Source: Gemmatimonas sp.
GTDB taxonomy: Bacteria > Gemmatimonadota > Gemmatimonadetes > Gemmatimonadales > Gemmatimonadaceae
Length of the DNA: 64,000 nt
Direction of reading: 5' to 3'
Assembly: GCA_965279375.1 (NCBI GenBank)
Contig: OZ257156.1
Location: 96,001-160,000, forward strand
Shown here: positions 1-9,815 of the stretch, one piece after another
Layout of the letters: each line of letters begins with the position of its first letter
How positions within the stretch are numbered: the first letter of the stretch is position 1
Program-made: the position numbers and the translations under genes
The notes under the pieces: model-generated
Seen by the model: only the letters and a program-made list of their open reading frames with translations
Database searches by the model: none
Told to the model about the DNA's origin: nothing

Positions 1-1114
1 CGGAGCCCAGCAGCAACAACGGTGCGCGGATCGCTTCAACGGGAATGCGAGCGAGCCGACCAGCGTCGGGTGAGGCCGAACGGCTGCGATCGTGCACTTG
101 CCGTGCGGATGCCCGTCCGCTGAACACTTCCTCGTAGCGATCGTACGCAATCGCCGGCAGCGGCGTACCAGCGTCTGACCACGACGACAGCACGGCGCCT
201 TCAGGCGCCGGCGCCCCGAAGCCCGACCAGACAACATCACTCGGCACACACGCCACGACGGCGGCAGGCCACGTGCGGCGTGACGCGGCCACAAGCGCGA
301 ACTCCGCGCCCTTGCTCGCGCCCCACAGTACCGTGCGCGAGGTGTCTGCGTCGGGCTGCTTGCCCATCCACGCGCGCGCGCCGTCCAGCAATTCGATCGG
401 CACGTTGGCAAACGCGCTGGGGACGCCGGCATACGACTGCACATAGGGATAGCCGACGTACACGATCGCGAACGCCGCAAAGCCGCGTTCGGCGAATCGT
501 CGAGCGAGCTGACGCGCCGATGTCGTGTCTCCGCCCTCGCTTCCGTGCAAAAGAAGGATGGCCGGCCGTCTGCCACCGTCTGTCGGCGCAGCATATGCGC
601 CCACCACGCCTGGCTCCGCGACCGATACTTCGCGCAACCCGCGTTGTATTACTCGCAGTGTGATCGACACTGAGTCGAGCGTCTTGCCACGCGACTCGAG
701 GTCGAGCCGGAGCGTTCCCGCCGGCGGTACCTGAGCGTTCACCGGGTCTACTGGACGCGACATCGACCAGAACACGGCAAGTGCGTCCGCACGACGCCAT
801 GTGCCCGCGATCGGCGCCATCTGACTCACCGTAACGACGCCGCCTCGTGGCACGATCCAGCGGCCCCACGATTCGAACGCCACGGTGTCACGCCGTGCAT
901 TCGCGCTGTCGCCGCGCGCGACAATCGCGCGCCGCCTCGCGCGCAGCGTTAGCGTGTCGCCAGCGCGCCCGCGCAACGTGATGCGTGGGTCGTCGCCCAA
1001 TGCGAGTGTCGTGGACGCGACAGTGACCCGTGGACCCACGCCAACGGTCTGCGCTGCCGACGAGTTGCCGGACAGGACCAGCAACGCGAATGACCATCGG
1101 GCGATGTTGCGCAT
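1..1114 (-). CDS. Acyl-CoA thioester hydrolase/BAAT-family alpha/beta hydrolase, secreted; 3' end runs off the window
   Basis: Not in the ORF track. Hand translation from ATG at 1114 gives MRNIARWSFALLVLSG (signal-like), LLLHGSEGG, nucleophile motif WGASKGAE and RIPVEAIRAPLLLLGS at the window edge. Confidence 0.8.
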   Translation of the reverse strand, partial: MRNIARWSFALLVLSGNSSAAQTVGVGPRVTVASTTLALGDDPRITLRGRAGDTLTLRARRRAIVARGDSANARRDTVAFESWGRWIVPRGGVVTVSQMAPIAGTWRRADALAVFWSMSRPVDPVNAQVPPAGTLRLDLESRGKTLDSVSITLRVIQRGLREVSVAEPGVVGAYAAPTDGGRRPAILLLHGSEGGDTTSARQLARRFAERGFAAFAIVYVGYPYVQSYAGVPSAFANVPIELLDGARAWMGKQPDADTSRTVLWGASKGAEFALVAASRRTWPAAVVACVPSDVVWSGFGAPAPEGAVLSSWSDAGTPLPAIAYDRYEEVFSGRASARQVHDRSRSASPDAGRLARIPVEAIRAPLLLLGS

Positions 1115-1246
1115 GACGGATGCAGGGTAGAAGACGCTAGTGACACGGCCACCGGAGCAGATCGCGAGTGTGACAGCACGCTCGCTCAAATGGTTCAGTC
1201 GCGCCTCAGCGTTCCCTGCGATCCGTCTCAGACGCGCGTGGTCACG

Positions 1247-2983
1247 CTACTTCCGCCAACCGCTCCACCCCGGACCGCGCACCACCTGCCCAGGCTTCGC
1301 GCCCGTGTGTGCACCGTCGCGCAACACCTCCACGCCGTTCACCAGCACGAACTGCACGCCGGTGGAGAGCTGGTGCGGCTTCTCGAACGTGGCGTTGTCC
1401 TTGATGCTGTCCGGATCGAAGACAATGACATCCGCGCGCAGCCCCTGCTTGAGCACACCGCGATCGGCGATAGACAGGCGTGTGGCCACCGCCGATGTCG
1501 CCTTGCGCACCGCGTCTTCCAGTGAGAGCACCTTCTCGTCGCGCACATACTTGGCGAAGATGCGCGGGAAGTTGCCGTAGGTGCGCGGGTGGGTCATCCC
1601 CTTGGCGGTCGCCGGATCCGTAGAGCCCGCGTCGGTGCCGAACTTCATCCATGGCTGCTTGAGCTGCAGCGCGATGTTCTCCTCGCTCATGAGAAAGAGG
1701 ATTTCGCCCAGCTCCGCGTTCTCGGCGATGTTGAGATCGATCATCACGTCCGCCCAGTCCTTCTTCATGTCGCGCGCGATTTCGGCCAATCGCTTCCCTT
1801 CGTACTGCTTGTACTCGGGCTTCTTGAAGCCCATCACCATGACGTTCTCGGGGCCGGCGATCAGGCAGAGATTCTCGTAGCCGGCCTTGGGATCGTGCAG
1901 TTGCGCCTTGATCTGCGGACGTAGCGTCGCGTCCTGCAGATTGGCGAGCAGCTTACCATCGGCCGCGAACCTGGGCGGAATGCATGCGGCGAAGCTGTTG
2001 CCGCCAGCGGGATAGAGATACATGTCCGCCTGCACATCCTGCCCCGCCTTGCGCGCCGAGTCGATCTTGGCGATGGCCTTGGGCATCTTGGACCAGTTGG
2101 TCGGTCCGCTCGCCTTGAGGTGGTAGACCTCCACCGGCACACCGCCATCGTGTCCGATGCGAATCGCTTCGTCGAGCGCTTCGAGAAACTCGTTCCCCTC
2201 GGAGCGCATGTGCGAGATGTATACGCCGCCGAATGGCGCGCTGGCCTTGGCGAGTTCGGTGAGCTCGGCGGTGCTCGCGTAACTGTTGGGTGGATAGATC
2301 AATGCGCTCGCGACACCAAAGGCACCGTCCTGCATCGCGCGCGTCACAACGCCGCGCATCGAGTCGAGCTCCGCCGCGTTCGCTGCACCCTCCGCTGCGC
2401 CCTTGGCATACTCGCGCACAGTACCAGCGCCAAGGAACGAACCCACATTCTGCGAAACGCCGCGCGACACCATGAAGTCGAGCCATGTGCCGAAGCCACG
2501 ATCGCCGGTGAACTGCGGCGCGATGCGTTTGAGCGATGTATCCGTGATCAGCGCGAGAATCTTGTCGTTGACGGGCGCGGGTGTCGATCCTTCGCCGAGA
2601 ATTGCCGTCGTGATTCCCTGTGTGACCATCGAGATGGCTTTGCCGTCGCCGAGCATGAAGTTCTCGTACGACTGCGCCTGAATGTCGATGAAGCCCGGCG
2701 CCACGATCATCCCTTTGGCGTCGATGCGACGCGAGGCTGTTGCGCTGGTCAACTGCCCCTTGGGCACGATGCGCGCGATGCGTCCGTCATCGATCGCGAT
2801 GTCGCCCCAGAACCAGGCCGCGCCCGTGCCGTCGACAACGCGTCCGTTGCTGATGACCACATCGTAGCCGTCGTTGCCGCCGGCGGATTCGCTCGCCCCG
2901 CTGCCGCCAGCCGCAGTGGAGTCCGACTTGGCCGAACAGGCCGCGAGCAGGGCGGTACAGGCGACGGCGAGGGTTCTGCGCAC
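1247..2983 (-). CDS. N-acyl-D-amino-acid deacylase family amidohydrolase, probable lipoprotein
   Basis: VVDGTG, IVAPGFID, SHMRSE, HPRTYGNFPR and DRGVLKQGLRADVIVFD motifs; lipobox-like LLAAC. Likely GTG start at 2983 (ORF track starts at 3040). Confidence 0.88.
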   Translation of the reverse strand: MRRTLAVACTALLAACSAKSDSTAAGGSGASESAGGNDGYDVVISNGRVVDGTGAAWFWGDIAIDDGRIARIVPKGQLTSATASRRIDAKGMIVAPGFIDIQAQSYENFMLGDGKAISMVTQGITTAILGEGSTPAPVNDKILALITDTSLKRIAPQFTGDRGFGTWLDFMVSRGVSQNVGSFLGAGTVREYAKGAAEGAANAAELDSMRGVVTRAMQDGAFGVASALIYPPNSYASTAELTELAKASAPFGGVYISHMRSEGNEFLEALDEAIRIGHDGGVPVEVYHLKASGPTNWSKMPKAIAKIDSARKAGQDVQADMYLYPAGGNSFAACIPPRFAADGKLLANLQDATLRPQIKAQLHDPKAGYENLCLIAGPENVMVMGFKKPEYKQYEGKRLAEIARDMKKDWADVMIDLNIAENAELGEILFLMSEENIALQLKQPWMKFGTDAGSTDPATAKGMTHPRTYGNFPRIFAKYVRDEKVLSLEDAVRKATSAVATRLSIADRGVLKQGLRADVIVFDPDSIKDNATFEKPHQLSTGVQFVLVNGVEVLRDGAHTGAKPGQVVRGPGWSGWRK

Positions 2984-3302
2984 GATGCGCTCCGGGGATG
3001 ACGCGTGAGCATGCAGGGGGGCTGACTGGCGACGGTCCATCGGCGAGTGAGGAGTCGGCTACTCGAGCGTTGTTCTCACCACGCACGCTTCGCCCCGCTC
3101 TCTTCCGAGCGCGATAAGATACGTCCCGCATGTGGACGCCGCGCGCGGCGAGCCCACGCGTCCTTCCCTTTGCAGCGGACGCTCCCTTCGACGCGCACGT
3201 TGTGCCTGATGTGGACGACACGGATTCGCAGGCGTGGATCTGACGCGCTGCCCGACAGAGCGTGCCCCAGACTCAACCGTCGGTGCGAAGTCACCTACGT
3301 TT

Positions 3303-4598
3303 TCACGCAGTGACGGACCGATCGATGGCGGCCGGCGCGTGCAGCGAGCGGCTGCGTCGTCGCAGATATGCAGCAAGACGGCGATACGAAAGCCACAGAC
3401 CCGTCCACACGAGCAGGGCACCGGCGAGCGATGCAATACCCGCGATGGTCTGTCCCCAGAGGCCGAACACCTCGCCAGTGTGCGCAAATCGCAGCAGCGA
3501 TCGCATCCGTCGTCCAGGCGACTGCGCCTCAAACTTTGTCGTCGCGAGTACTGCCGCCGTGGCAAGATCCAGCGTGACTGTCCTGCGCAATTGCGGCTGC
3601 CCGCCCGTGCCCGCGTCGATACTGATGGAGACGTCCTTCGCACGAGCCTTTGGAAGCGTGAGGGTGATCGTGCGCCAGCGCGGCTCCTGTGCCCGCGCAA
3701 CCATGAGCAGGCTGTCATAGCTCACCCGATGTGACGCGGGTTCGTCGCGCGTCACCGCATCACTGAGCTGCGCGTCGCGCTCCCTCGATTCACGAGTCGC
3801 ATCCCCGAGCGCTTCGCCCCCTGCACCTCCGCGACCGTCGCGTCCGCCGCCTTCCCCGCCTCGTCCGCGTTCGCCACGACCACCCGCGCCCTCCTGTCGC
3901 GGCTGCGGCGCTTCTTCACCGAAGGCCTTGTAGACGAGTCCTGCGGCCCACGGATACGAGATCACAGCACCGGATGCCACCACGATGACGAGGGGAATCG
4001 CCATCCACAGCCCGGCGACGTTGTGCCAGTTGAAGTCGCGCGCTTTTCCGCTCAGTCCCCGGCGGAAGAGCAGCACCTGCCGGAGGCGCTGCGACGTCAA
4101 CGGTCGTGGAATCCAGAGCACGAGCCCCGACAATACGAGCACCAGGAACCCGAGATTCGATGCGTCGACGATCGATCGCGCGACGGTCCGGCTCGCCCCC
4201 TCACGCGCGAACCAACGGTGCCACGCCGTCACCTCGCGGAAGAATGACCGCAGGGCGGGACTCGCCTCCCCGAGCACCTGACCCGTGCGTGCGTCAACAT
4301 GCAGCGTCCGCTCACGCGACATCACTGCAGCCACCGGCATCGCCGGGTCCCTGAAGAACTGCAGCGAGGTGGGCGCCCTGCCCGCTTCCGCCCGCATCAC
4401 CCCGGCAAGGATTGCACTTGCCGGCTGCGGCGCGCCCGCGCCTGCGACCGTGGCCGCCTGCAAAGCCCGCGCAGAACGGGCGAGGAGTTGCTTCTCGTAG
4501 GTGAGCAGCACGCCGGTTACGGACATCACCAGGATGGCCAGTCCGGCGACAACACCAATGCTCAAGTGCATCCAAAACAAGAGTTTACGAAGCGTCAT
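3303..4598 (-). CDS. PepSY-associated TM helix domain protein (PiuB-like iron-regulated membrane protein)
   Basis: LFWMHLSIG..SVTGVLL, WHRWF, NWHNVAG and RFAHTGE His-bearing TM motifs; divergent from the TonB receptor. Start taken as ATG 4598. Confidence 0.88.
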   Translation of the reverse strand: MTLRKLLFWMHLSIGVVAGLAILVMSVTGVLLTYEKQLLARSARALQAATVAGAGAPQPASAILAGVMRAEAGRAPTSLQFFRDPAMPVAAVMSRERTLHVDARTGQVLGEASPALRSFFREVTAWHRWFAREGASRTVARSIVDASNLGFLVLVLSGLVLWIPRPLTSQRLRQVLLFRRGLSGKARDFNWHNVAGLWMAIPLVIVVASGAVISYPWAAGLVYKAFGEEAPQPRQEGAGGRGERGRGGEGGGRDGRGGAGGEALGDATRESRERDAQLSDAVTRDEPASHRVSYDSLLMVARAQEPRWRTITLTLPKARAKDVSISIDAGTGGQPQLRRTVTLDLATAAVLATTKFEAQSPGRRMRSLLRFAHTGEVFGLWGQTIAGIASLAGALLVWTGLWLSYRRLAAYLRRRSRSLHAPAAIDRSVTA

Positions 4599-4715
4599 GC
4601 GGAGCTCTCGGAGTGTGCCAGTGAGGGAAAGACCAGAAGCAGGACTGTTCTGGAACAAGGGACGTCGATCAGGGCCTGCGACGAGCGGCCCGATTCAATA
4701 ACTCTCTTGTGGCGT

Positions 4716-4752
4716 AAAGCTAAATTCGATATTCATCATTCTGTAATACTAT
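4716..4752. promoter_or_regulatory. AT-rich divergent promoter segment, possible Fur-type iron box
   Basis: AT-rich TAAATTCGATATTCATCATTCTGTAATACTAT in a GC-rich background between iron-uptake genes. Only about 10/19 match to GATAATGATAATCATTATC. Confidence 0.35.
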
Positions 4753-4803
4753 CGTCTTTACCGCCACCCCCCGCCTGAACACTCTCTCTATCCGGGCATT
4801 CCC

Positions 4804-7254
4804 ATGAAACCGAAGCGATCGAGCAAGGCCCGCGCGGCGCGACGCAGCGCCCGCCGTCAGCGGCGCACTCGAGTGACTCCGAGCAAACCCGCCGCCCCGA
4901 TCACGAGGCACCGGAGCGGCAGCATCGCGCGCTTGACGTGTACCGGTGCGCTGGTCGCATCTGCGGTGTGGATCGGCCTCCCGACCGTGTCATTCGCGCA
5001 GACAACGGCGCAGCCCTCACGCGAAGCGATTGCCGCTCTGGGTGCCGCGAAGCAGTTCGTAATTCCGGCCGGCAAGTTGTCGGCCGCACTCGACGCGTTC
5101 ACTCAAGTCACCGGCATCTCGGTCGCCGATCCGGGCGCCGTCGTCGGTGCCGCGGATTCGCGTGGTGCCGCCGGTACGCTGACACCAGTGCAAGCGCTGC
5201 GACGCCTGCTTGGTGGTACCGGTATCACCTATACCGTCGCCAGCCCGCGCTCCGTGCGACTCGCACGCGGTCCGCTGCCCCAACTCGCAACGGTCTCGGT
5301 CGTCGCCGAGAGAAAGCCAGCGTCGGCAAACCCCAAGTACTCCGAACCGCTGCGCGACATCCCGCAGACCATCACGGTCGTCACCAAGGAGGTTCTGGAC
5401 GCCCAAGGCGTGACGTCGCTGCGCGATGCCGTTCGCAATGTCACTGGTCTGACGGTGAACGCTGGCGAGGGCGGTGCCACACCGGGAGACAACTTCAACA
5501 TCCGCGGCTTCAGCGCACGATCCGACATCTTCGTCGACGGCATGCGCGACGTGGGCGGCTATTCGCGCGAAACGTTCAACGTCGAGCAAATCGAAGTCGC
5601 GAAGGGGCCCGGATCCGTCTACTCCGGACGTGGCTCGACGGGCGGCTCCATCAATCTCGTCAGTAAGTCACCGCACGTTGGCGACGCCTACTCCGGCGTT
5701 ATAGGTGCCGGCAACGCCGAATACGGTCGCGCCACGGTCGATGCCAATCACTCCTTCGAGGACATCGGCGCAGGCGGCATTGCCGTCCGGCTGAACGCGC
5801 AGTGGCAGAATGCCGGCGTTCCCGAACTGGATGTCGTCAAGAACAAGTCGTGGGGCATCGCGCCATCAATCGGCTTCGGACTTGGTTCGAAGACGCCGGT
5901 CACCCTGCAGTACTTCCAGAACTCACAGGACAACATCCCAACGTACGGATTGAGCAACACCGTCTCGGATGGCCCTCCTGTCGGTATCGATCCACACAAG
6001 TATTTCGGCCTCAGGAACCTCGATCAGGAGCAGGTCAACGCCAAGCAGGCGACGGCCAAGGTCGTGCACGCACTCGGCGCGAACATGTCGCTGCGCAATC
6101 AGACGTCGTGGGGGGCCAGCGATGTGCATCGCATTGTCGTGCAGGCCAACGTCGATGGCACCCGTCGATCACCGTCGCATATCACGTACGACCAGAATCT
6201 CTCCAACCAGACCGCCCTGTCGTCGTCGTTCAAGACGGGTAAGGTGGAACACGTGCTGGCCAGCGGCGTCGAGCTCTCGCACGAGAAGTCGCGCTTCGCG
6301 ACCTACGTGTTCAGTACCGCGCTGCCCAAGGTAGATCTGACGAATCCCAACCCGGACGACCGCTACACCGGCACCTATACGGAAGGCAAGCCGCGTCGCA
6401 GTGCAGTTTCGAATTCTGTCGGTCTGTACACGTTCGACACGATGAAGCTCAGCGAACAGCTCGAGTTCAACATCGGCTTGCGCTGGGATTCGTTCAGTCC
6501 GCAATACAAGGACTCGCTGAATCGTGCACTGCCGAAGAAGGACAGCAAGGCAGCAACATGGCGCGCTGGTGCCGTCTTCAAGCCGGTCGAACGGGGGAGC
6601 ATTTACTTCGCCTACGGCACGTCGTTCAACCCGACGGGCGAACTGCTTTCTCTCGATTCGCGCGGTACGATCGGACTCGATCCCGAATCGAACAAGAGCT
6701 ACGAGGTAGGATCGAAGTGGGAGCTGGCCGATGCACGGGTGCTCGTCACCGCCGCACTCTTCAGGACGGACAAGACGAATGCGCGCATCACAGACCCGAA
6801 CGACCCTTCCGGTACGACACTCGTACTCGCCGGCCAGCAGCGCGTCGACGGATTCGAGTTGGGCGCAAGCGGCCAGATCATGCCCGGATGGATGCTTCAG
6901 GCAGGCTACACGCATCTCGACGGCAAGATCTTGCATGGAAACGCAGGTACCGATGGGACCCCCATCCCAAACACGCCGAAGAGTTCGCTCAGCGTCTGGA
7001 CGTCAGGGACCATTCCTGGCGATTTCGAGATCGGCGGCGGTGTGCGCTTTGTCGACAAGCGCTATCGCACGGCGACGCAATCGGTACCGAGTTATTGGGC
7101 ATACGATGCCGATGCGGCCTACTCGGTGAACACGCGCGTCCAACTGCGCCTCAACCTGATCAATCTCAGCAACACGACGTACTTCGACAGCGGTCGCTTC
7201 TGGGTACCGGCCGCCGGTCGCACCATCAAGGTCTCGACCAACGTGAAGTACTGA
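4804..7254 (+). CDS. TonB-dependent siderophore receptor (Fiu/PiuA-like) with N-terminal STN-like signalling domain
   Basis: FVIPAGKLSAALDAFTQVTG (STN-like), PLRDIPQTITVV, IRGF..DGMRD, EQIEVAKGPGS plug motifs; C-terminal aromatic residue (NVKY). Confidence 0.93.
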   Translation: MKPKRSSKARAARRSARRQRRTRVTPSKPAAPITRHRSGSIARLTCTGALVASAVWIGLPTVSFAQTTAQPSREAIAALGAAKQFVIPAGKLSAALDAFTQVTGISVADPGAVVGAADSRGAAGTLTPVQALRRLLGGTGITYTVASPRSVRLARGPLPQLATVSVVAERKPASANPKYSEPLRDIPQTITVVTKEVLDAQGVTSLRDAVRNVTGLTVNAGEGGATPGDNFNIRGFSARSDIFVDGMRDVGGYSRETFNVEQIEVAKGPGSVYSGRGSTGGSINLVSKSPHVGDAYSGVIGAGNAEYGRATVDANHSFEDIGAGGIAVRLNAQWQNAGVPELDVVKNKSWGIAPSIGFGLGSKTPVTLQYFQNSQDNIPTYGLSNTVSDGPPVGIDPHKYFGLRNLDQEQVNAKQATAKVVHALGANMSLRNQTSWGASDVHRIVVQANVDGTRRSPSHITYDQNLSNQTALSSSFKTGKVEHVLASGVELSHEKSRFATYVFSTALPKVDLTNPNPDDRYTGTYTEGKPRRSAVSNSVGLYTFDTMKLSEQLEFNIGLRWDSFSPQYKDSLNRALPKKDSKAATWRAGAVFKPVERGSIYFAYGTSFNPTGELLSLDSRGTIGLDPESNKSYEVGSKWELADARVLVTAALFRTDKTNARITDPNDPSGTTLVLAGQQRVDGFELGASGQIMPGWMLQAGYTHLDGKILHGNAGTDGTPIPNTPKSSLSVWTSGTIPGDFEIGGGVRFVDKRYRTATQSVPSYWAYDADAAYSVNTRVQLRLNLINLSNTTYFDSGRFWVPAAGRTIKVSTNVKY

Positions 7255-7337
7255 TGAACGAATTGCCGGAGCGACTCCGATCTCGAGCTGCGGTTGGAGT
7301 CGCTACGCACCATGGCGCGTGGCGCCGGAGATGATTC

Positions 7338-8018
7338 ATGCTCTTGCACGTTCCTGACGTACTGACGGGTGCACAGATTGCCGACGCGCGACGATTGCTC
7401 GACAGCACGGACTGGGTGGATGGGGCCGTGACTGCCGGACATCAGTCTGCGAAGGCGAAGCACAATTCGCAGGTGCCCGAGAATCACCCGGTCGCGCAGC
7501 AAGTCGGCGACATGATTCTTGCCGCACTTGGCCAAAACGCGCTGTTCATTTCGGCCGCGTTGCCGTTGAAAGTCTTTCCGCCGTTGTTCAACCGCTACGC
7601 GGGCGGACAGTCCTTCGGGACTCACGTCGACAACGCCATCAGGCAAGTGACCGGGACGCCGCATCGGGTGCGCACCGATCTCTCGGCGACGCTCTTTCTC
7701 GCCGAGCCGGAGGAGTATGACGGCGGAGAATTGTCAGTCGAGGACCTGTACGGCGTGCACAGCGTCAAACTCCCGGCGGGACACATGGTGCTCTATCCCG
7801 CATCGAGCCTGCATCATGTGCGGCCGGTAACGAGCGGCGCCCGTGTCGCCTCGTTCTTCTGGATTCAGAGCATGGTGCGCGACGATGCGCAGCGGCGCAT
7901 TCTCTTCGATCTCGACAGCAGCATCCAGGGGCTCGCGCACACCATCCCCGATCATCCGGTCTCCGTGCAGCTGACCGGAATCTATCACAACCTGCTTCGC
8001 TGCTGGGCGGATACCTGA
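7338..8018 (+). CDS. piuC: Fe(II)/2-oxoglutarate-dependent PKHD-type hydroxylase (PiuC/YbiX)
   Basis: [35 protein letters not shown] and YHNLLR motifs; lies directly downstream of the TonB receptor. Confidence 0.93.
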   Translation: MLLHVPDVLTGAQIADARRLLDSTDWVDGAVTAGHQSAKAKHNSQVPENHPVAQQVGDMILAALGQNALFISAALPLKVFPPLFNRYAGGQSFGTHVDNAIRQVTGTPHRVRTDLSATLFLAEPEEYDGGELSVEDLYGVHSVKLPAGHMVLYPASSLHHVRPVTSGARVASFFWIQSMVRDDAQRRILFDLDSSIQGLAHTIPDHPVSVQLTGIYHNLLRCWADT

Positions 8019-8060
8019 CGGCATCGGCGCTGACCACGCTGGCTGCGAAGTGAAATGCGA

Positions 8061-8088
8061 ACGCCGCTGCAGGACATTGCAGCGGCGT
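8061..8088. terminator. Stem-loop between convergent genes (probable terminator)
   Basis: ACGCCGCTGCA-GGACAT-TGCAGCGGCGT, an 11-bp perfect stem. The U-tail is weak. Confidence 0.55.
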
Positions 8089-8132
8089 GGTCGTCGTGCC
8101 GTCGGCGGCGTTCAGATGCCGCGGCACATGGA

Positions 8133-9809
8133 TTAACGCACCATCGCTGAGTCCAGCGCGATGACTACGGACGATGTCTTCGCCATCGCGTCGTAGTACC
8201 CCATGAACCGGGTGATCTCGGGCGCCTGGTGCTTCCCGAGATTCCGGGCCCAGCGGTAGCTGATGGGCTGGTACGCCAGCGCCGCTTCCACACGGAATGG
8301 ACCGGTCGCACCGCGCAGATCAACGACGTAACGAACGCGCGCGGACCCGCCGAAGAATGCGGGATCGTCTGCCGCGTCGCCTCGCACCGCGATGTCGGCC
8401 GATGCCGATCCCTTGGCGAATCCGCGTGGCAGGATGCGATTGTCCTTCACGAACCTCGCGCCAGAAAGCAGCGCGGTGGTGACGTTCCCCTGCGCATCCG
8501 CCATGACCGACTCGAAAATCTGCACCTGGTCGGGACGCGTGATCTCACGATGGTGTGGTTCGAACTTCAGCCCGTCCGCGTCGCCGTCCGCGCCGACAAT
8601 GGCGCCGTCTGCACCAACCGCGCCGGATTCGAAGACCACCGCTCCGTTCGCACCGCGAACTGTGAAGTGGATCCATGCGCGCCGCGCTGGATACGCCGTC
8701 GGAAACTTGTGTCCCGCCAGGTTGCGAACGGTGATATCGGCGCGAAGCTGGGACGCGCCCACGCGTTCACTCGCGATCGACATTGCCGCGGTCGCCGTTT
8801 GCAGGTGCCGTATCGTGCGCTGCGCGCTGGCGTCGAGCTCCTGCGGCAGGGCCTCCGTGCCAAGCGCAGCGCGATAGCGATTGAGCATCTCGAGCATGAA
8901 GAAATTGCCGCCGAGAAACTCGTGCCGGGCCAGCCCCGGGCGCTGTTTTCCCCAGACACCCGAGATCGCGATGCTGTCGGTCACGGCGGGCATGTGGCAC
9001 GACTGGCAGCTTTGCGATGCGCCGTACTCGCTGTGCTGCCATTCGAGGTACGGCACCTGCTCTGGAAGCCGTCCAACGATCTTCCCCGCAGCATCGCGCG
9101 CATCGGTGTACAGCGTGTGACATGTCGCGCACAGCTCGGAGCTACGGATATGTTCGCCCTTTGTGGGGCGAAATTCGGACGACGACTGCATGATGCGCGC
9201 ACGGCCGTTGTCGATGTCGTATGGACCGTACGCCTGACGCTGACGTGGCGGCTTCTTTTCGTCGATCACGAAGCCGCCAACAAAGCTTGCTGGCGTTCCG
9301 AGCCGTTCGTTGGTGATCTGGTGACAGACGGTGCACGACACTCCATCGGCCGCGAGCAGGTCTTCCGGCGCCGTCTCTGAGCCCACTGGCAGGTGCGCGA
9401 AGATCGTGCCGTGGCGCCCTTCGGCCTTTGCCTGATAGCGCGACATAGGCATGTGGCACGTCGAGCATTCGTCTTCGATTTCCGCCTGCAGTTCCGGATG
9501 CTCGAGCACTTCGCGACGTACCGAGGCCAGCCAGTAGGGATCGCGGCCGGAGTTGGCCATCATCGTTGCGCGCCACGACGTGCCGATCGACACATCCTCA
9601 CCGGACGCCGTCGACAGTTGATTGTGGCACGCCACGCAGTTGTCAGACGTCTGGAAGAGCCACGGCGCACGACCTGCTGCATGGGCCAGCGGAACGCCGA
9701 GCGTGCCGCTTGGAGCGGCAACGGAGACTATTGTGGCGCACACGATCAGCAGCGCCAGCGACATCTGGATGCGGCGAACCGGAAACTCCTTCATCGGCTG
9801 TTGTGTCAT
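8133..9809 (-). CDS. Secreted multiheme (5 CxxCH) c-type cytochrome
   Basis: CVACH, CSTCH, CTVCH, CATCH and CQSCH motifs; signal peptide; C-terminal beta-rich region containing GHKFPT. Confidence 0.88.
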   Translation of the reverse strand: MTQQPMKEFPVRRIQMSLALLIVCATIVSVAAPSGTLGVPLAHAAGRAPWLFQTSDNCVACHNQLSTASGEDVSIGTSWRATMMANSGRDPYWLASVRREVLEHPELQAEIEDECSTCHMPMSRYQAKAEGRHGTIFAHLPVGSETAPEDLLAADGVSCTVCHQITNERLGTPASFVGGFVIDEKKPPRQRQAYGPYDIDNGRARIMQSSSEFRPTKGEHIRSSELCATCHTLYTDARDAAGKIVGRLPEQVPYLEWQHSEYGASQSCQSCHMPAVTDSIAISGVWGKQRPGLARHEFLGGNFFMLEMLNRYRAALGTEALPQELDASAQRTIRHLQTATAAMSIASERVGASQLRADITVRNLAGHKFPTAYPARRAWIHFTVRGANGAVVFESGAVGADGAIVGADGDADGLKFEPHHREITRPDQVQIFESVMADAQGNVTTALLSGARFVKDNRILPRGFAKGSASADIAVRGDAADDPAFFGGSARVRYVVDLRGATGPFRVEAALAYQPISYRWARNLGKHQAPEITRFMGYYDAMAKTSSVVIALDSAMVR

Positions 9810-9815
9810 GGGATG

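Noticed and set aside
237..869. 210-aa ORF-track call on the minus strand
   Set aside because: Wrong frame. The real gene is the BAAT-like hydrolase starting at 1114 and running off the window.
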